Shown: piece by piece, positions 23,429 to 24,542 of the stretch | Numbering within the stretch: the first letter of the stretch is position 1 | Layout of the letters: each line of letters starts with the position of its first letter | Origin: a virus | Taxonomy: Duplodnaviria > Caudoviricetes | Reading direction: 5' to 3' (one strand) | IMG/VR virus record: IMGVR_UViG_3300032303_000159 | Coordinates: 1-24,542 of that record | Length of the DNA stretch: 24,542 nt | Position numbers and translations under genes: made by a program | Notes under the pieces: generated by a model | Database searches by the model: none | What the model was told of the DNA's origin: nothing | Seen by the model: only the letters and a program-made list of their open reading frames with translations

Positions 23429-24542
23429 ATGGCAGGATTAAATTTATTTACAAATAACGCAGGTACCACATTAGCTACAGGTATTAATAGCTCTGTTACC
23501 TCATTAACTGTTGCATCAGCTACTGGTGGTTTATTTCCAAACCCTACAGCTGGTCAGTACTTTTACTGTACTTTATCTAATGCAGCAGGTACTACAATTG
23601 AAATTGTTAAAGTAACTGCTAGATCAACTGATACATTTACTATTGTTCGTGGTCAAGATGGTACAAGTGCAGCAGCATTTATTGCTGGTGATAAAGTTGA
23701 ACTCCGTTTAACAGCGGCTGATCTTCAGAACTTCCCACAGTTAGACTCAACTAATACTTTTGCGTTAGCTCAAACATTTAGTACAGCCCCAGTATTTACA
23801 GATGCAACGGGTACTCGTTCTGCTATATCAGCAGCTAAATCTGGTGCTAATAGTGATATTACATCTATTACTGGTTTAACTACTCCTCTTACAGTAGCTC
23901 AAGGTGGAACTGGGGCAACATCACTAGCTGCTGCTACTATTGCTACACAAGGGTATACAACTACTGCTACTGCGGCTGGTACAACTACACTTACTGTATC
24001 TAGCACTCAGTTACAATTCTTTACAGGAACCTCTACACAAACTGTTACATTGCCTGTAGCTAGCACCTTAACATCTGGACAAAGATTTGAAATACATAAC
24101 AACTCTACAGGATCTGTTACAGTTAATTCTTCTGGAGCTAACTTAGTTGCAACTGTATTAGGTAATACAACAGTAGTATGCACTTGTATTTTAACTTCTG
24201 GAACAACAGCAGCTTCATGGGATGTTGATATTCAAGGATTTACTACTACACTTCCTGTAGCTAATGGCGGAACGGGTTCTGCTAGTGCAACAGCATACGC
24301 GGTATTAACTGGAGGTACCACTTCAACAGGTGCATTCCAATCTATTGCTTCAGTAGGAACAACTGGTCAAGTTCTCACATCTAACGGTGCTGGTGCATTA
24401 CCAACATTCCAGGCAGCATCAGGTGGTGGTGCAGGTGGAATTCAAAAGTTCATATACACAGGATCAGCTCAAACATTTACTGTGCCAACTGGTTGCACTG
24501 CTCTTTATGTAACTGTGCAAGGCGGTGGTGGTGGTGGTGGAA
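23429..24542 (+). CDS. Tail fibre protein (runs off the window edge)
   Basis: Not in the ORF track. MAGLNLFTNNAGTTLATGI...EIVKVTARSTDTFTIVRGQDGT..., GANSDITS, two VAxGGTG repeats, GQVLTSNG, and the start of a Gly-rich domain (TFTVPTG...GGGGGG). Confidence 0.85.
   Translation, partial: MAGLNLFTNNAGTTLATGINSSVTSLTVASATGGLFPNPTAGQYFYCTLSNAAGTTIEIVKVTARSTDTFTIVRGQDGTSAAAFIAGDKVELRLTAADLQNFPQLDSTNTFALAQTFSTAPVFTDATGTRSAISAAKSGANSDITSITGLTTPLTVAQGGTGATSLAAATIATQGYTTTATAAGTTTLTVSSTQLQFFTGTSTQTVTLPVASTLTSGQRFEIHNNSTGSVTVNSSGANLVATVLGNTTVVCTCILTSGTTAASWDVDIQGFTTTLPVANGGTGSASATAYAVLTGGTTSTGAFQSIASVGTTGQVLTSNGAGALPTFQAASGGGAGGIQKFIYTGSAQTFTVPTGCTALYVTVQGGGGGGG

Overview
This is a 24.5-kb segment of an AT-rich tailed dsDNA phage genome, probably podovirus-like with a phiEco32/LUZ24-style gene set. 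No integrase, tRNA or CRISPR array was seen. Two divergent arms meet at a ~950-bp non-coding region (9323-10276). The left arm (minus strand) carries small early genes, an amidoligase / class II glutamine amidotransferase / membrane peptide / ATP-grasp module, primase, DnaB-like helicase, and a family A DNA polymerase split into two ORFs. The polymerase C-terminal half (<1..514) is missing from the ORF track. The right arm (plus strand) carries a probable TerS, four tandem Lys-rich 'MAT..' microproteins, a lysozyme-like protein, HNH, TerL, portal, GroES, scaffold, capsid proteins, a Dps/ferritin-like protein and tail/fibre genes. The most unusual signal is at the junction: a ~380-nt imperfect inverted repeat (9243-9620) whose mismatches are mostly G-U wobbles on the plus strand, antisense to the RBS and start of the first early gene. 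It is followed by an IHF consensus site, a G/T-skewed tract, a minus-strand cloverleaf, a 124-bp pure A/T block and back-to-back sigma70 promoters. All calls come from reading motifs and pairing by eye; no searches or folding programs were run.
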